Assembly (NCBI GenBank): GCA_044892505.1
Contig: CM097884.1
Span: forward strand, 89,342,001 to 89,406,000
Direction of reading: 5' to 3'
From: Schmidtea nova
Lineage: Eukaryota
DNA length: 64,000 bases
The notes below the pieces were generated by a model, which had not been told where the DNA came from, did no database searches, and saw only the letters and a list, made by a program, of their open reading frames with translations. The translations under genes were made by a program, and so were the position numbers. How positions within the stretch are numbered: position 1 is the first letter of the stretch; every line of letters starts with the position of its first letter. Below, piece after piece: positions 13,206 through 27,240 of this stretch.

Positions 13206-15185
13206 TATCCGTATCCGATATCCGCGAATTTGCAGACAAAATCCGTATTCGGTATCCGCTCAAATATACTCGCGATTATCGGATAGTGAAAATTATTTTA
13301 AATTATGTATAGAATAAAATTTTAAATAGAATAAAAAATCGATATAATTTGTTATTGCGAAATTGTTAGTAAAGCTTTCAAATCAAAGAATTGAAAAAAA
13401 TCTAAGGTAATTATAATTAATTTCTTTTTCATCGTAAGACTTGTATTAAATTTATATTGTACTACTATTTAGTCCATGGCATCATCAGCTCCTGTTTGGG
13501 AATATTTAAAAAAAATTCCTTCTACCAATAAAAAGGTTGCCAAAGCTCAGTGTTTAAAGTGTATGGTTTTTATTTCAAATAGTAATGGAAGCACGGGTGG
13601 TATGCTAAACCATCTGAAACTGGTACACAAAATCCATTGTAAACGGGATAATGATGAATCCGTTTTGGGGGAGCAAGAGCAAAACTTCAAGAAAATCAAA
13701 GGAAATACGATGATGGATTTTGTTAAACGGCAAAGTTTAAGTGAGATTGTTTCAAAATTAGCTGCTGAAGACGGAATAACAATTCGTGCAATTACAAATT
13801 CCAAGTTTATCAGACAATATATTGTAGACAGAGGATATAACCTACCAAAAAGTGAAAACAGTGTTATGCGCCTTATTCATACTGAATTCGAAAATTGAAA
13901 ACAAGAGGTAATAAAAAAATTAACAACAATTAAGAATGATGGTGATAAGTTTAGTATAACCCTTGATGAGTGGGTAAGTGCACGAAATCGTCGCTTTATT
14001 AATATTAATGTACATGGAAATAATGGAAATTGCAACAATCTAGGTTTGGTGAGAGCTACTGGTTCGTGTACTGCAGCTGTAGTGTTAGAAATTGTAACCA
14101 AGCATTTAGAGTTGTTTAATTTGTCGTTCCAAAACGACATCGTTTGTACTACAAATGATGGTGCCAGCGTAATGGTGAAGTATGGGAGAGATTGTCCATC
14201 TGAATCACAGTTATGTTTATGTCACGGGCTGCATTTGGCGGTAGTTGAAACATTTTATAAAAAGAAAGTTTTTGAATCGAATGATGTTGACATTATAGAA
14301 GAAGATGATGACGACTTCCAAGACAATGAATTTTTCGGTGATGATGATGTTAATGAAGAAGAATTCGCAGATGATGATGTCGACATACAAAAAAATCTGA
14401 AGAACGTGCGGATTTTGATTAAGTTTTTGAAAAAATCTAGTGTTCGAAATTCAATTTTACAAAAGAAAATTATCGATGAAATTGGGCACGAACTAGAACT
14501 TCAACTGGATGTCACACACAGGTGGAACTCTATTCATCCTATGTTAGAAAAACTACTCAGAGTTCGAATTCCAATTCAAAACGCGCTCATCGAATTAAAT
14601 GCACTTCACCTAGTATCTGGAATAGATTTCGAAAAATTGTCCAGCTTAATGAATGCAATAAAACCATTAACATTAGCTGTTGAAACATTGGGGAGACAAG
14701 ACGCCAATTTATTAACAGCAAAAGGAGCGATGAATTTTCTGTACAACAAATTAAATGAATGTAATGACGTGATCTGTAGTACATTAAAATTAAATATCGA
14801 ACGACGGATGAAAGAACGAGAAAATTCTACCATTATTGATACTCTGGCATGTCTCACCAATAACTCTATAAAACCATCAAAAATTGTTTTAGAATTTGCA
14901 TCTAATCTGTTTGCTAGACTTTTTGAATCTTCTTCATCTATATCACCTTCATCTTCACCAGAACATGTAGATTTGAACACGGATGCACCAGTTTCGTTGG
15001 AAGCAGAGCTAGATGCTGCAATCAATTATGTTACTTGCGAAAATTTTCAAAAATCCAACTTAAACATCAAAAATGACTTTATAATATTTAAGAAAACAGG
15101 TCAAAGGCCTGAAAAACTTGAAAAATTATTTGAAGCCTTAACAACAATAAAACCATCATCAACCGAAGCCAAAAGGACTTTCTCT
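13206..15185 (+). mobile_element. hAT (Ac-like, BED-finger) transposon; transposase with one in-frame stop, 3' truncated
   Basis: TATCCG subterminal repeats 13206-13290; BED finger VWEYL..C..C...STGGMLNHLKLVH; TLDEW, TNDGASVM, CLCHGLHLAV, HRWNS; ORFs 13476-13898 and 14046-15233 share a frame separated by TGA; stops at PSSTEAKRTFS. Confidence 0.9.
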
Positions 15186-16819
15186 GTTATTATATATGTT
15201 AATGTTATATATGTTAATGCTATATATTTTTAGTATTGTCATTTTTGTTATTGTTATTATCTTTATGTTTGATGCCAGTATTGTCACCGCTTTTATTATT
15301 ACCCCCCCCCCATGTTTATAATATTTAAAAATAACAAAAAAAATAAGAATAATAAGAATTCAAATTAAGTAGAAAAAAATCAATCCGAAAAATTGATAAA
15401 AATATAACTAAAGAAAAATAATAAAAATTTAACTATAAAATGGGAAATTGATTTAAAAAAATTACTAAGATAATCTCTAAAAGGAATTTATTGAGAAAAA
15501 ATTCAAAGTTCATATCAAAAGAAAATAGAATGGAAAATATGAAGAATTATTTATGACTATGTATCCACTGTGAGTATTTGTTATTTTTTATTCGTTTAAT
15601 AAATACAAGTTGTAATTATAAATATTGTTTTTGTTTTATTATAATATTTTACTAATTTGTCGTAATAAACACACACACACAAGCACACACACATACACCC
15701 CAATTACATAACACGCACCCCAGCTATCCCAAGACAGTTCTTTCTACCGGTGACTCGGCTGGGTTCAACAAATTTCTTAACACCAAATATCAACACATCC
15801 ATTACAATTCTATTTATAAAATAAACCTCCATTGACTTGTAGAGTATGTTATTATAAGTAAATACGACGCAGTATCTTGTGTGTGTAAAGAAATGTTGTA
15901 GTGTCTTACGGTAATTGTGTGCTGACACTCGGGGTGTATGCTATGTTATGCGTAAACAAAATGATACGTTATTATAAAAATTTTATTATTTAGATTATTT
16001 AACACAACAATCACAATGTAATTACTTTGTGAACTGTCGGATCACAAAACGACCAATAGATTGTTCAGTTTTTACTTTATATTTGATAGTTTATTGCGAT
16101 AGGATTGTGTGAGGATAGTTGTGGTTGTTGTAGATTTTTGTATTAGATTTTTGCGAAAGTTCTGACCACAAATCGAACAATTGTTTGTTTAGCTTTTGCT
16201 TTAATATCAGATTGAATTCGCAAATCGAACAATAGTTCGTTTAGCTTTTGCTTTAGTACCAGGTCGGATATTTGATAGTTTATAGCGAATGGATGGTAGG
16301 ATGATAGTTGTTGTTGTGGTGTTAATCTTTACTGTGATTCTTTTATTTGGATTTTGTAAAAGATCTGAGGTCTTAAGATTGATATTCTGTACCAGCGTAG
16401 ATCCTGAGTTAATTTAGTTTTAGGATTTGTTTGCAAATTTCAGTAATTCCCCGTTGTAACCAAGTGAATTAGTTTTTTAATTCTTTGTTCGTTGACAGGA
16501 TAATTCGTTTAATATTTTATATTTAAAAATCATTAATCAATTATGTAATATATTTATGTAGTGATAATTATGTTTTTCTATATCTATTTAATGTTTGTAA
16601 TGAATGCGGGTGTAAGGAAATATTGAAGTGCCCGAGAGAGTCTTCGCAAAAACTAAATCTTGTGGGGACACTCGGGGTGCTTGTATATGTTATTGAGTAT
16701 AATACTACAAATTGGATACTCCAAAAATGACTAGAAATCAATTTACAAGTTTTATTAACAATATAACATTAACCAATTAATGATTACTTTGATTGCTGGT
16801 ACTTTTTATAACTTCTTTT

Positions 16820-17175
16820 ACTGGCTTCTTTTGGCGACGTCTTTCAATAATTTTGTTTGATGATGTCTTTTACTATCTTCTTTCAATAACGCCTTTAACT
16901 AGTTTCTTTGGATAGCAACGTCTTTTACTAGTTTCTTTTGATAACTTCTATTATTATCTTTGGATAATGTCTTTGAATAGTTTCGTTTAATGACTTCTTT
17001 AATAATTTCGTTCAATTGAATTTGGATAATAACGTCTTTTGGATAATAACGTCTTTGGATAATTACGTCTTTTGCTAGTTTCTCTTGATAACTTCTATTA
17101 TTATCTTCTTTGGATGATGTCTTTGAATAGTTTCCTTTAATGAATTCTTTAATAATTTCGTTCAATTGAATTTGG
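16820..17175. repeat. Tandem duplication (~147-bp period) with short GGATAATAACGTCTTT subrepeats
   Basis: TCTTTAATAATTTCGTTCAATTGAATTTGG block occurs twice; the minus-strand ORF 16899-17165 shows the repeated peptide. Confidence 0.75.
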
Positions 17176-17452
17176 GATTTGGAATGTTTTGAATTTCTTG
17201 TTTTGATAGGGTTTATAAATTTTTAATAAAAATAATCAATTACATTAATTTGTAATTTGGCTTACTATAGCAAATTCATAATTAAATAATTGTGAACAAA
17301 CCAGCCAAATTAAATTACACCCTTGATAATAAGCATAATTAAATAATTGCAAATAACACATTCGTGTACAAATAAATGGGGGGGAATTGAAACTGTCAAT
17401 ACTGACCCACACAACTCTAAAACAAATGATTATACAGGATTGGTGAGTACAC

Positions 17453-17455
<3 letters not shown>

Positions 17456-17540
<85 letters not shown>
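17456..17540. repeat. (TA)n microsatellite
   Basis: Direct inspection. Confidence 0.98.
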
Positions 17541-17542
<2 letters not shown>

Positions 17543-19528
17543 TGACTTTTGTTATTATTAGAGTTACGAGTGACTGGATCGTAGTCTTATTCTTTTGCCC
17601 TTGGTTTCCAAAATGTGTCTGGTCTTCTATATCATATAGAGTCAACACGTTTATATCTATGAACACAGGTTTGTTTTTTCCTTTCTTATTTGTAATTTCT
17701 TCTTGACAACCGATCAGATCTGAACGCGTAATTTGTCCTGAAATTATTTATTTACTGATACAAAAGATACTTCAAATAAGTCATGATTATCTGGTTCATT
17801 AAACACATTCTCCGTTTTTTTTGAAAATTAATACTGTTATTTAACGTAATTTAAAATCTTTAGACACACTGTAGTGGTAGTTGCCAAAGTTAGCATGCTA
17901 TTCTTTTCTCTTTCATTGGAATAATAATTTTTTAGCGTTCCATATTTCTCTAGTTCAATCGTTCAATTTTGTTTCGTTACTGGTACTGTTAACCTAGTTG
18001 TCGTTTATAACTTAAGTTTGAATTTGTACCTTTTTAGGCAACAATTTCTAAAAAATAGTTTTACGTTTTCATTTTTCTGGTTTATGTTTTTCTGGAAGAC
18101 CTGGCTGATGGTATGGCGATGTCATAAAATAGTGACGGTCCTGCTGATTCTATGTGTTAATTGGCATCACTAATTAGGGATAAATTCCTTTTTTCAACCG
18201 GTATTCCAAATTCCATGTCAGTATCACTATTCGTCTTCTCCCACAAGTGAAATTTCTGGGGATAGTTGTAACTATTCAATTTCTTTTCTTTTAATCGTTT
18301 TGGATGGTTCCGCTTAAGAATGTATTGCAGGTAATTTTTCTTTTTTGTTATTTTGGACAACTACTTCCATTTTTGTTGGCAAAATAAAGTTGCACTCCTT
18401 CACAGGTTCGACTATATTGTCTAACTATTCGCTCCGAATATGTGAGTAAATCGCCTAAATTGTTAAAGCCTCATTTAACACAATGATATTTTTTGGTATT
18501 ATCTGGAATTTTTCGCATAAATGTCTTTGTTAAATTTCCCAAATGGTAGAAACATTGAACCTTTTGAACTCATCGAGTTTTCAACGGCTTTTTGGACGCT
18601 TGATCTCGAATACATAGTATTCTTTATGCTGTTAGATGGTTCCTTCACCCGTATTCCCACAATAATCTTTTTATCACAAATTTTTCTGATACTATGGTGA
18701 CAATCTTTTTCATATAAATGTCTTCTCACATTTGGCTTTTTGAGTTAAGTTGGTTTAATAATTCTTTACTGTGTCTCTGGGATTAGGATCGCTTTAAGTA
18801 ATGGTTCCCTTTCCTATCTAAAGTTGCAATCTATATTATTGTTTCTTCTGGACTTAGCAAATCCCGCTGCTACAAATACTGTAGCTCCACTTTATTTAAC
18901 CTTTTTATCACAAAAGATCTTTTTTTTCATACAAGTTGGCTTCGTTAGTATTGTAGACCTGTTGGTTAATTTGTATTTATTATGGGGCTTAGTTTAACTT
19001 AATTTAAAATCCTTAGGAATACTTTAGAGGTAGTTACCAAAGCCAACATGGTTATTCTTTCCTTTTTCATCCGAATAGTATATTTCTAGTGTACCATATT
19101 TCTGTTAGATAGTGACTAAATTATAAAAATATTTGAAATTGATAAATATTTTAAAATTAAAAATAATATATTTCGGGTTTGTGAGGTCTTTTGGGCATAG
19201 TTAAAGATTTCGAATGATTTGTCGGAATAGTTTAAAATGAATTTGGAATTAAAATAAAATTAAAAATAAGTTTTTATTATAAAGTAGTTAAAAGAATAAT
19301 TATTTTTTTAAAATAATAAATCCTTTGGATAAATATTTTAAAGTTCGTTGTTAGAATGATTTAAATTCAAGTCGTAAATAATTAAAATTAAAAATTAGTT
19401 TTTATTGTAAAATATAACTTTAAATAAATAATCAATTCGATTTGGATTTTGATATTGAATTCTTCTGACAAATTGTTTTGAGATTGTTTGATTCAATGTC
19501 GAAAAGTTTATTTAAATATTAAACATTA

Positions 19529-20550
19529 GGGGAAATGTAAAAAATAGAAAATTTTTAGGCGTTTAATTAAAAAATAGAAAATAAATTATTTTAATATAAA
19601 AAATAGAAAAGAAAATATTTTAATATAAAAAATAGAAAATAAATTATTTTAATATAAAAAATAGAAAAGAAACTATTTTAATATAAAAAATAGAAAATAA
19701 AATATTTTAATAAAAAAATAGAAAATAAAATATTTTAATAAAAAAATAGAAAATAAAATTAAACAATTGAAACAATGGATCATCACTTATATCTTTTGGT
19801 ATACTAAAAATATAATACAACGAATTTTAACAATTAAAAATATATTCAATACTTCTATATGCAATATTTATAATTGATTAATTGTATTTTCAATAATTTC
19901 AGTGGATTTATTGTATTTTCAATATTACACATTGTATTATTATATTTTCTCCTATATTTTATGTTAATATAATTTATTTTCTGTTTTTTAAATTATTTTA
20001 ATTATATTTCCCATAATTGCATTAATATATTTTCTTTTGTATATTTCAAATGATTTTATATATTTTCTATATTTTCAATTGAATAAATTTCTTTTATATT
20101 TTTTATATTCAGATATTTTATTTCCTATTTTTTATATTAAAATATTTTATTTTCTATTTTTTATATTAAAATATTTAATTTTCTATTTTTTATATTAAAA
20201 TAATTAATTTTCTATTTTTTATATTAAAATATTTAATTTTCTATTTTTTATATTAAAATATTTTATTTTCTATTTTTTATATTAAAATATTTAATTTTCT
20301 ATTTTTTATATTAAAATAATTTATTTTCTATTTTTTATATTAAAATATTTAATTTTCTATTTTTTATATTAAAATAATTTATTTTCTATTTTTTATATTA
20401 AAATAATTTATTTTCTATTTTTTATATTAAAATAATTTCTTTTCTATTTTTTATATTAAAATATTTTCTTTTCTATTTTTTATATTAAAATATTTTCTTT
20501 TCTATTTTTTAAATAAACGCTTAAAAATTTTCTATTTTTTCAACTGCCCC
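19529..20550. mobile_element. Foldback/Mutator-like non-autonomous element with internally repetitive TIRs
   Basis: 9-bp TSD TAAACATTA (19520-19528, 20551-20559); GGGG termini; TIRs made of a ~29-bp AAAAATAGAAAATAAATTATTTTAATATA unit, forward on the left and inverted on the right. Confidence 0.85.
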
Positions 20551-21691
20551 TAAACATTATTATGGTAATTAATACAATTTGGAATAATAGTTCACTTACT
20601 GAAGATGTTTTTAAAACTTTTTTTAGTAACATCTAACAGTGTTAATGTTTATTTGTAATAATATTCAATATTTAGCGACAATTGTGGTCGAATAATCTCA
20701 GAGCAATATTCAAATATGGAACATTTATAAACGTTTGTACTTATTAGTTAAATTTTATAATTTTTGAAATAAAATTTGTGATTTTGACACTTTATTTTTA
20801 TAATGGGTAATGTGATAGTTTATATTGATTGATTATGATGTAATTAAAGAGACTAATTTTAGATCATTTTATTGTTTTTGCGTATGTCAATTACCTTCAA
20901 TTTGGTTCAGAGTCATTAATTGCACGTGCCTACTTATTGCCACCTATTAATTATCCTTTTCGTTGTCGTCAAAGATTTAAAATTTTACTATTCTTATTGG
21001 AAAATAACGAGTGTCAAAGAGACTAATTTTAGATCATTTTATTGTCTGCGTTTCTCAATTATGTTCAGTTTAATAAAACAAATATAAATACATAGACCGA
21101 ATGTCAATAAACAACACCCAACAAGTAAATAAATTCATTACATAAAAGGGAAAGTTATTATAATAAATTAGCATACATATTAATTTTTCAAATAAATATA
21201 TCTAAAATTCAATCATTTTACTTTCTTATATTTAATATAATTAGAATTTCATAATCTACATTTTATAAATACTTAATGATTAATTAGTTATTAAAAAAAT
21301 AATAAAATACTTACCCAAATCTGGTTCTAATAAAAATCATTCCAATAATAAATTATCAAATATTAAAAATAATCATGGTTATATAGATAATATGATAGTA
21401 AAAGAAATAGGCGGAAATAGTAATATAATTTTTAAATAAACCTTTTCCGTAATAATTTTATAAATGTTGAGGTCTCAGCGTGCATCCTGATTTAGATAAT
21501 TTTATTTATATGAAAATTTACCAATAAAAATTATAATACAGATGTAATAAATTGAATTCCAATACACTTGCGATAATCAATAGTCAATTCCAAATTAAAA
21601 TATTTGGTCGCGCCCGCTTTTAAAATATTTTTAAAAATTAATTAAATAATATTTAAAATAATTAATTGCGGGGCTTGATTGCTGTGAGAGA

Positions 21692-22603
21692 TTGTTTGAC
21701 GAGCCTGGAAGCCGGAAGCTGTTAGACGGTCTTATCGAAATCTCTGTAAATCTCATATGGATGGGGGATTTTAAATGTTTTTTGCATCACTTGAGTTTGG
21801 GAAATGCGGAGGAAGTTTGGATTAATTTGAAGGGAAATTTTTTGAATGAATTTATTGATGATCAAAATCGTTTACCCATTCACATCGCCTGTCGAGAGGG
21901 GTTTATTGAAATTGTAAAAATATTTATCAATTGCAGCAGCGATATAGACTGTGAGACCAAAGGGGGAATGAGACCGATTCATTTTGCATTCAGTCAAGGT
22001 CATATTGATGTATTGAAATTATTACTCAGTCACAACTGCGAGATGGAGACCAGTTCATTATGCAAGCGATAAAGGACATTTAGAAATATTGAAAATATTG
22101 CTTTCAAAGAAATGTAGAATCGATTGCAAAGCGAGCAACGGCCAAACTCCACTAGAAATGGCAATACAAAATAACAAATTGGATTGCGTGGAATTATTGA
22201 TTCATGTTCAGGAGCTGTTTACTACAATTGAACGAAATGATCCAATACAATTTGATAATTTGTATCAATCTTGTGATTTCATAAAGGAAAACATTTATAC
22301 TGGATTGTCTGTGTTGGACACATCAATCGATTGCAATGCTGATTTGATCACTAAATGCATTTTGGACAAATCGATTGATTATCAAGAAATCAAGAATGAA
22401 AATTGTGAAAAGAACACTGAGGAAATCAAACAAAAGATGAAGATGATAAACTAAGAGTAATGTGCTCCATTTGCTTAGAAAATCCAGTGGATATTGCATT
22501 TCAATGTGGATATCTAATTTGCAGCCCTTGCTCTAGCCGAGTTACCGCTTGTCATTCTTGTAGGGCAAAAATCTCTTATAGACGGAAAATTTATTTCAGT
22601 TAG
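21692..22603 (+). pseudogene. Intronless ankyrin-repeat protein with C-terminal RING finger, frameshifted
   Basis: Ankyrin repeats LPIHIACREGFIEIVKIFI, RPIHFAFSQGHIDVLKLLL, TPLEMAIQNNKLDCVELL; in another frame CSICLENPVDIAFQCGYLICSPCSSRVTACHSCR ending TAG at 22603. Confidence 0.8.
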
Positions 22604-22916
22604 ATTTTTTGTTCATTACTTACGCATTTCAATAGTGACCACGGTTGAAATGTAACTAATCAGATTATAGATTGTTCATTATTTTTCATTCATTTCAATT
22701 GTGATAATATTTTTTATATTATGTATAAAGATAATTTCTATGTAATGAATAATTGTTTTGTTTAACTGTTCCAGTTAATGAAGTCTGTAATGAATTAATG
22801 GGCGCGTTTTTTTAGGTTGTTTCGTTTTTGTCAATTAGGAAGTAACTTTGGAATTTTGGACATTTTCGTTGTAGAATTTTATTATTGTGTGGATAATTGA
22901 TTTTTAATAAATTGAA

Positions 22917-23400
22917 ATGTCTTTGGGCTCGATTGTTTTCGATCGTTACATGACTATTTTTTCACCCGAAGACAGATTATTTCAAGCCGAATATGCATTT
23001 AAAGCGATTGCATTAGATGGATTACTTTCTGTTGGTGTTCGAGGTTGCGATATGACCGATATAATTCATGATTGCAGATCGCAAGTATGCTGTGCACAAA
23101 TGGAGGCTGCACGATTTGAATGCAAATTTGGATACGAAATGTCCTGTGACATGATTTGTCGATGTTTTGCCGATATTAATCAATTGTACACTGAATCAGC
23201 TGAAATGAGGTCATTAGGCTGTTCAATGATCACATTGTCTTATGATAAGGAGACGGATAAGCCACTGTTATTCAAAACCGATCCAAGTGGATTTGTAGCT
23301 GGTCATCGAACTGTTGCGGTCGGTGGAAAGCAGTTGGAAGCTAAAAGCTATGAGGAAAAGAAGCTTCGTAAAAAGTCAGAATTTTCAAAAAGAGAGAAAG
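22917..23400 (+). pseudogene. PSMA6: Intronless proteasome subunit alpha type-6 copy, internally deleted and 3' truncated
   Basis: FDRYMTIFSPEDRLFQAEYAFKAI, DCRSQV, FGYEM, ADINQLYTESAEMRSLGCSM, KTDPSG match the alpha-6 pattern; ~35 codons missing after GVRGC; similarity ends at EKKLRKK. Confidence 0.9.
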
Positions 23401-24559
23401 TCTATCGGAGCTGGACACGGCGTACCAATATGGGCGCGTGTTATGTATTGTAGTTGTGAGAGCACTGGCTCAGAAAAGAATGACTCATCGGGTAAGTAAT
23501 AAGTCATCATGACAACTCATTGATCGGATTACTCGTGAGTCAGGCTACAAGATGATGCGTCATAATTGTTGTTATGACTTATGGTCTTTGTTCTTTAGCG
23601 TGTCAAACACGTAATGTCAAGGTAAAAAATTTATCAAAATTTTTTCTTTTTTACAAAAAACACTGAATCGTTCTAACATTTTGACGGATTGTCATATAGT
23701 CAATATTAAATATTCATACGGCAGACCGTAAGTAGGGCTATAATTTGATATGTCTATTGTTTCTTTTTACCCAAAGGTTGCTCCAGAGCAATGACGCAAA
23801 AGGTCCAAGTCAAAAACTTTTTATTTTCAAAAATATTAACGATGACCCCCGTCATAGCACAAACTAGAGGTCGTCCGAATTTTTAGTGATTCAGAATCAG
23901 AAAAATATTCTAAGATATTTGTCTAAAAAATCTTTTGATACCACCCTTCATTTGGCTGGAAATGAATATTTTTACCTTTGTTTGATATAAAAACTTGGAA
24001 AAATTTCTTTTGGTAACCCCCCCCCCCCCCTCCCACTAACATTAAAAAGCAAACTTCATACTAAAAACATTTTTAGTGTTTTATAATTAGAAAATAATTA
24101 TATCATAAAATATATTTTCATATTGTCTTAACACAATTATGATTATAGTAAAAACTTTTTCTAAGTTTTAAGAGTCACAAAATCCGTGGCAAATNNNNNN
24201 NNNNNNNNNNNNNNNNNNNNNNNNNNNNNNNNNNNNNNNNNNNNNNNNNNNNNNNNNNNNNNNNNNNNNNNNNNNNNNNNNNNNNNNNNNNNNNNNNNNN
24301 NNNNNNNNNNNNNNNNNNNNNNNNNNNNNNNNNNNNNNNNNNNNNNNNNNNNNGTTGATAATCATAACACAGTTTGACTCCTATTATCTTTATAAATAAA
24401 TATAAGTATAAATACAAATATTCGTGTGGTTGCGTGTAAGTAGACTTTCAAGTAAACAAATAATCAAAAACACAACTTTCTCTTTAAAAATACTTTATTA
24501 ATAAATCAAAATAATTTACAAAATTATGTATAATAATTTTAACAGAAATTATACAAGGA

Positions 24560-26300
24560 CTGGGATTTGTTAATTCCTGCTGTAGTTAGCAGCCGGCAAG
24601 AAATTGTTGGCTCCTTTGTAGCACAACATCTATATTTCAAAATATGATGTAAATCATAACCCTTAAGATTATGAAGTACAATAGGTAAGAAATGTCTGAT
24701 TTTCTTGTTCTGTTGCATTTGTTACAAACTGCTCCTAAATATTTACCCGAAAAATTATCGTGGTCTCTAACTGGCTCGACGATGAGCTTTTTACATAGGT
24801 AACATTTTGCGTTCTCCATAAAATTCTCCTTATCTGCTGCTGTCATATTTATGGGTTTGTTACCATATAAATAATAATAAGCCAACACAGTAATTCTTCC
24901 AAGGTGCTCCACTGCCAACAAAAAGTAAAAATACAATCTTCGCCTGTGAAGTCCACGTATTTTTTTTCCTAATGAAACTATTTACCAATAACATCCGCGT
25001 TGACATCGATAAATGAATTTGAGAATGTCTTTAATCATTGGGCAATACAGACTCAAAGTCTACGTAAATTACAAATGGTGGAGTTACTATTTTTGACCAG
25101 TCGTCAAATATCAAATCTTTCTTTTATGGCATTCAATACAAAGTTGTGCCAAGCTCATTGTTTGAACACAAGGCTATATGTTTCTTATAGGCAACATGTC
25201 TTCTAAATACATTAAGACATGTTTCGCTCCACTTTTATTGAATACGAACTGGACAATTGTCAGTTGCTTTTCTTGTGTTCGTCAATCTTTGCAGATTTAC
25301 AACCGCTGTATAGTGAAATTTCTCCCATCTTTAATCATTAGTAAATATATCGGTGTAACTCCAGTTACTTTGGTGTGATATATTATATATAATTGTGGAT
25401 GTTTCAAAATAACATATTCATCCTCTAAATATTTGGAAATTATTGCCGTTATATAATAATATATTCATTGCTGTTTCCGGATTTTGTTGCTCGAATTTTT
25501 TATATCTTTCAATTTCATCGAAAGATCATCATCATATACCAGTTCATTCATTAACCTGGTATATTTTCCAACATGAGTTCTATCTCGCTCTTTGGGTGTG
25601 CATGGTTTGTTTTTTGTGGTATTGTTTAGTCTGCGGATACTTATTTTAATCTGTTTGTTGTCTTTTATTATTGTTCCAACGTTCTTATGTAATTCTATTA
25701 ATTTGTATGAACCTTCGTATTTCGTTTCGAATTCGCTAGTGAATGTTTTCTTTACTAAAACCGTATCTACTATTAATTTTATTTGATTTTGGGTTGTTTG
25801 AGCGTTTTTGTTTTTAAAAATGCTTTTTTTTGAGTATTTGAGGTTCATTTACTTTATTATTTGTTTTAATCGTGCTTCCACTTTTATTTTTTAAGTTTGG
25901 TAAATTTGTGAATATATCTCTTGATTCCCAAAACGCTGTAAAAGAAGAAGGCATTCTTTTCATTATTTTTTTCCATTAACTATTGCCTTTTTTAAATGCT
26001 AAAGCTCGAAGTGTAGGTATGTAGCTATGGTCTGATAGTCTACTAATTGACGAATATTTAGTCACAATAAAAGACTTCGAGCATTTTATTAACTATCCAA
26101 CTGCTTCCTTTTCAGTTGTTATATAGATTTTCTCTTTTAGCTTCCTGATACCTTCTTCGAGAAAGTCTTCTGATAATGGTAATGCTCTGTTGGATAATGT
26201 TGCTTCTTTTGTTTCACCATATTTTATGATTTTGACATTGATGCCAATTTTGATTTTGACCTCTCCCAGTTCATATAATTAACCTCTGGTTCCGCTTTGG
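24560..26300 (-). mobile_element. Polinton/Maverick protein-primed DNA polymerase B, N-terminal part, decayed
   Basis: SYIPT..LAFKK, FFYSVL, HYTAVVNLQRL, CLNVF..H...C and CYLCKKLIVEPVRDHDNFSGKYLGAVCNKCN followed by HNLKGYD in a shifted frame. Confidence 0.8.
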
Positions 26301-26980
26301 GTATCCATCAACAAACTCAAAATCTAGTAGTTCATTTATAATTTGATTTTTATCAAAATTATTAATTTTAGGCGTACTTTCATATTCAAGTTTTTAAAAT
26401 AATTTCTTATTATTTATTTTAAAGTTACTTAAATGATCCTTGTGATCATCGAAAAAATTCTCATAAGGGGTAATATTTAGAGTCTCGCAGGCAGAAATAA
26501 ATAGTATGCTAAATTATAATGAATTATTAAATAATAACGCATCATTATTTGGTGACAATTAATCCCATGTATTGTCTATTGACCATAATTAGAATAAATT
26601 GTACCTAAATAAAAAATTGTCAAATTTAAAAACAACATAAAATAGTAAAAATATAGTTTTGCAAGTCATTCTACGTCCATTATTATGGAGGTATGATGGT
26701 GAACGTTTGTTATTATAATTATTTTATTGTTGTTGATTACTAACAGAAATTTGTAAGTACCCAAGAGTCTCCCAAAACTTATTGTGGGGACAATTGGGGT
26801 GTCTGTTGTGTGTTTGTGTGTATTAATGCAAATTCTAACCGAAAGTTGAATAAACAAATTAATTAATAAAATATATTAATAACAAACAAATATAATAAAG
26901 GATAACTGTAAAAACAAAAAAACCACTATCAATTACTTTGCTTTTGGGTGGTGGTAATATTAGTCAGATTCAATAGTGTT

Positions 26981-27240
26981 TGTTTGGAATATAACGAGAA
27001 TGTTTGGAAGCTTGGTAAACAAATAATGTTGAATATGTTTTGAATATAATGAGAATGTTTGGAAGCTTGATAAACAAATAATATTGAATACTGTTTTGAA
27101 TATAATGAGAATGTTTGGAAGCTTGATAAACAAATAATGTTGAATAAGTTTTGAATATAATGAGAATGTTTGGAAGCTTGATAAACAAATAATGTTGAAT
27201 ACTGTTTTGAATATAATGAGAATGTTTGGGAGCTTGGTAT
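26981..27240. repeat. Minisatellite, ~55-56-bp unit, about 4.5 copies
   Basis: AATATAATGAGAATGTTTGGAAGCTTGATAAACAAATAATGTTGAATACTGTTTTG repeated. Confidence 0.9.

Noticed and set aside
17400-19100. Small minus-strand ORFs, possibly Polinton accessory genes
   Set aside because: No diagnostic capsid, ATPase, protease or integrase motif; kept only as context
20846-21045. 30-bp direct repeat AAAGAGACTAATTTTAGATCATTTTATTGT, 170 bp apart
   Set aside because: Only two copies; simple local duplication, not CRISPR-like
26981-27240. Regular repeat array considered as CRISPR
   Set aside because: Head-to-tail units with no unique spacers, in eukaryotic context
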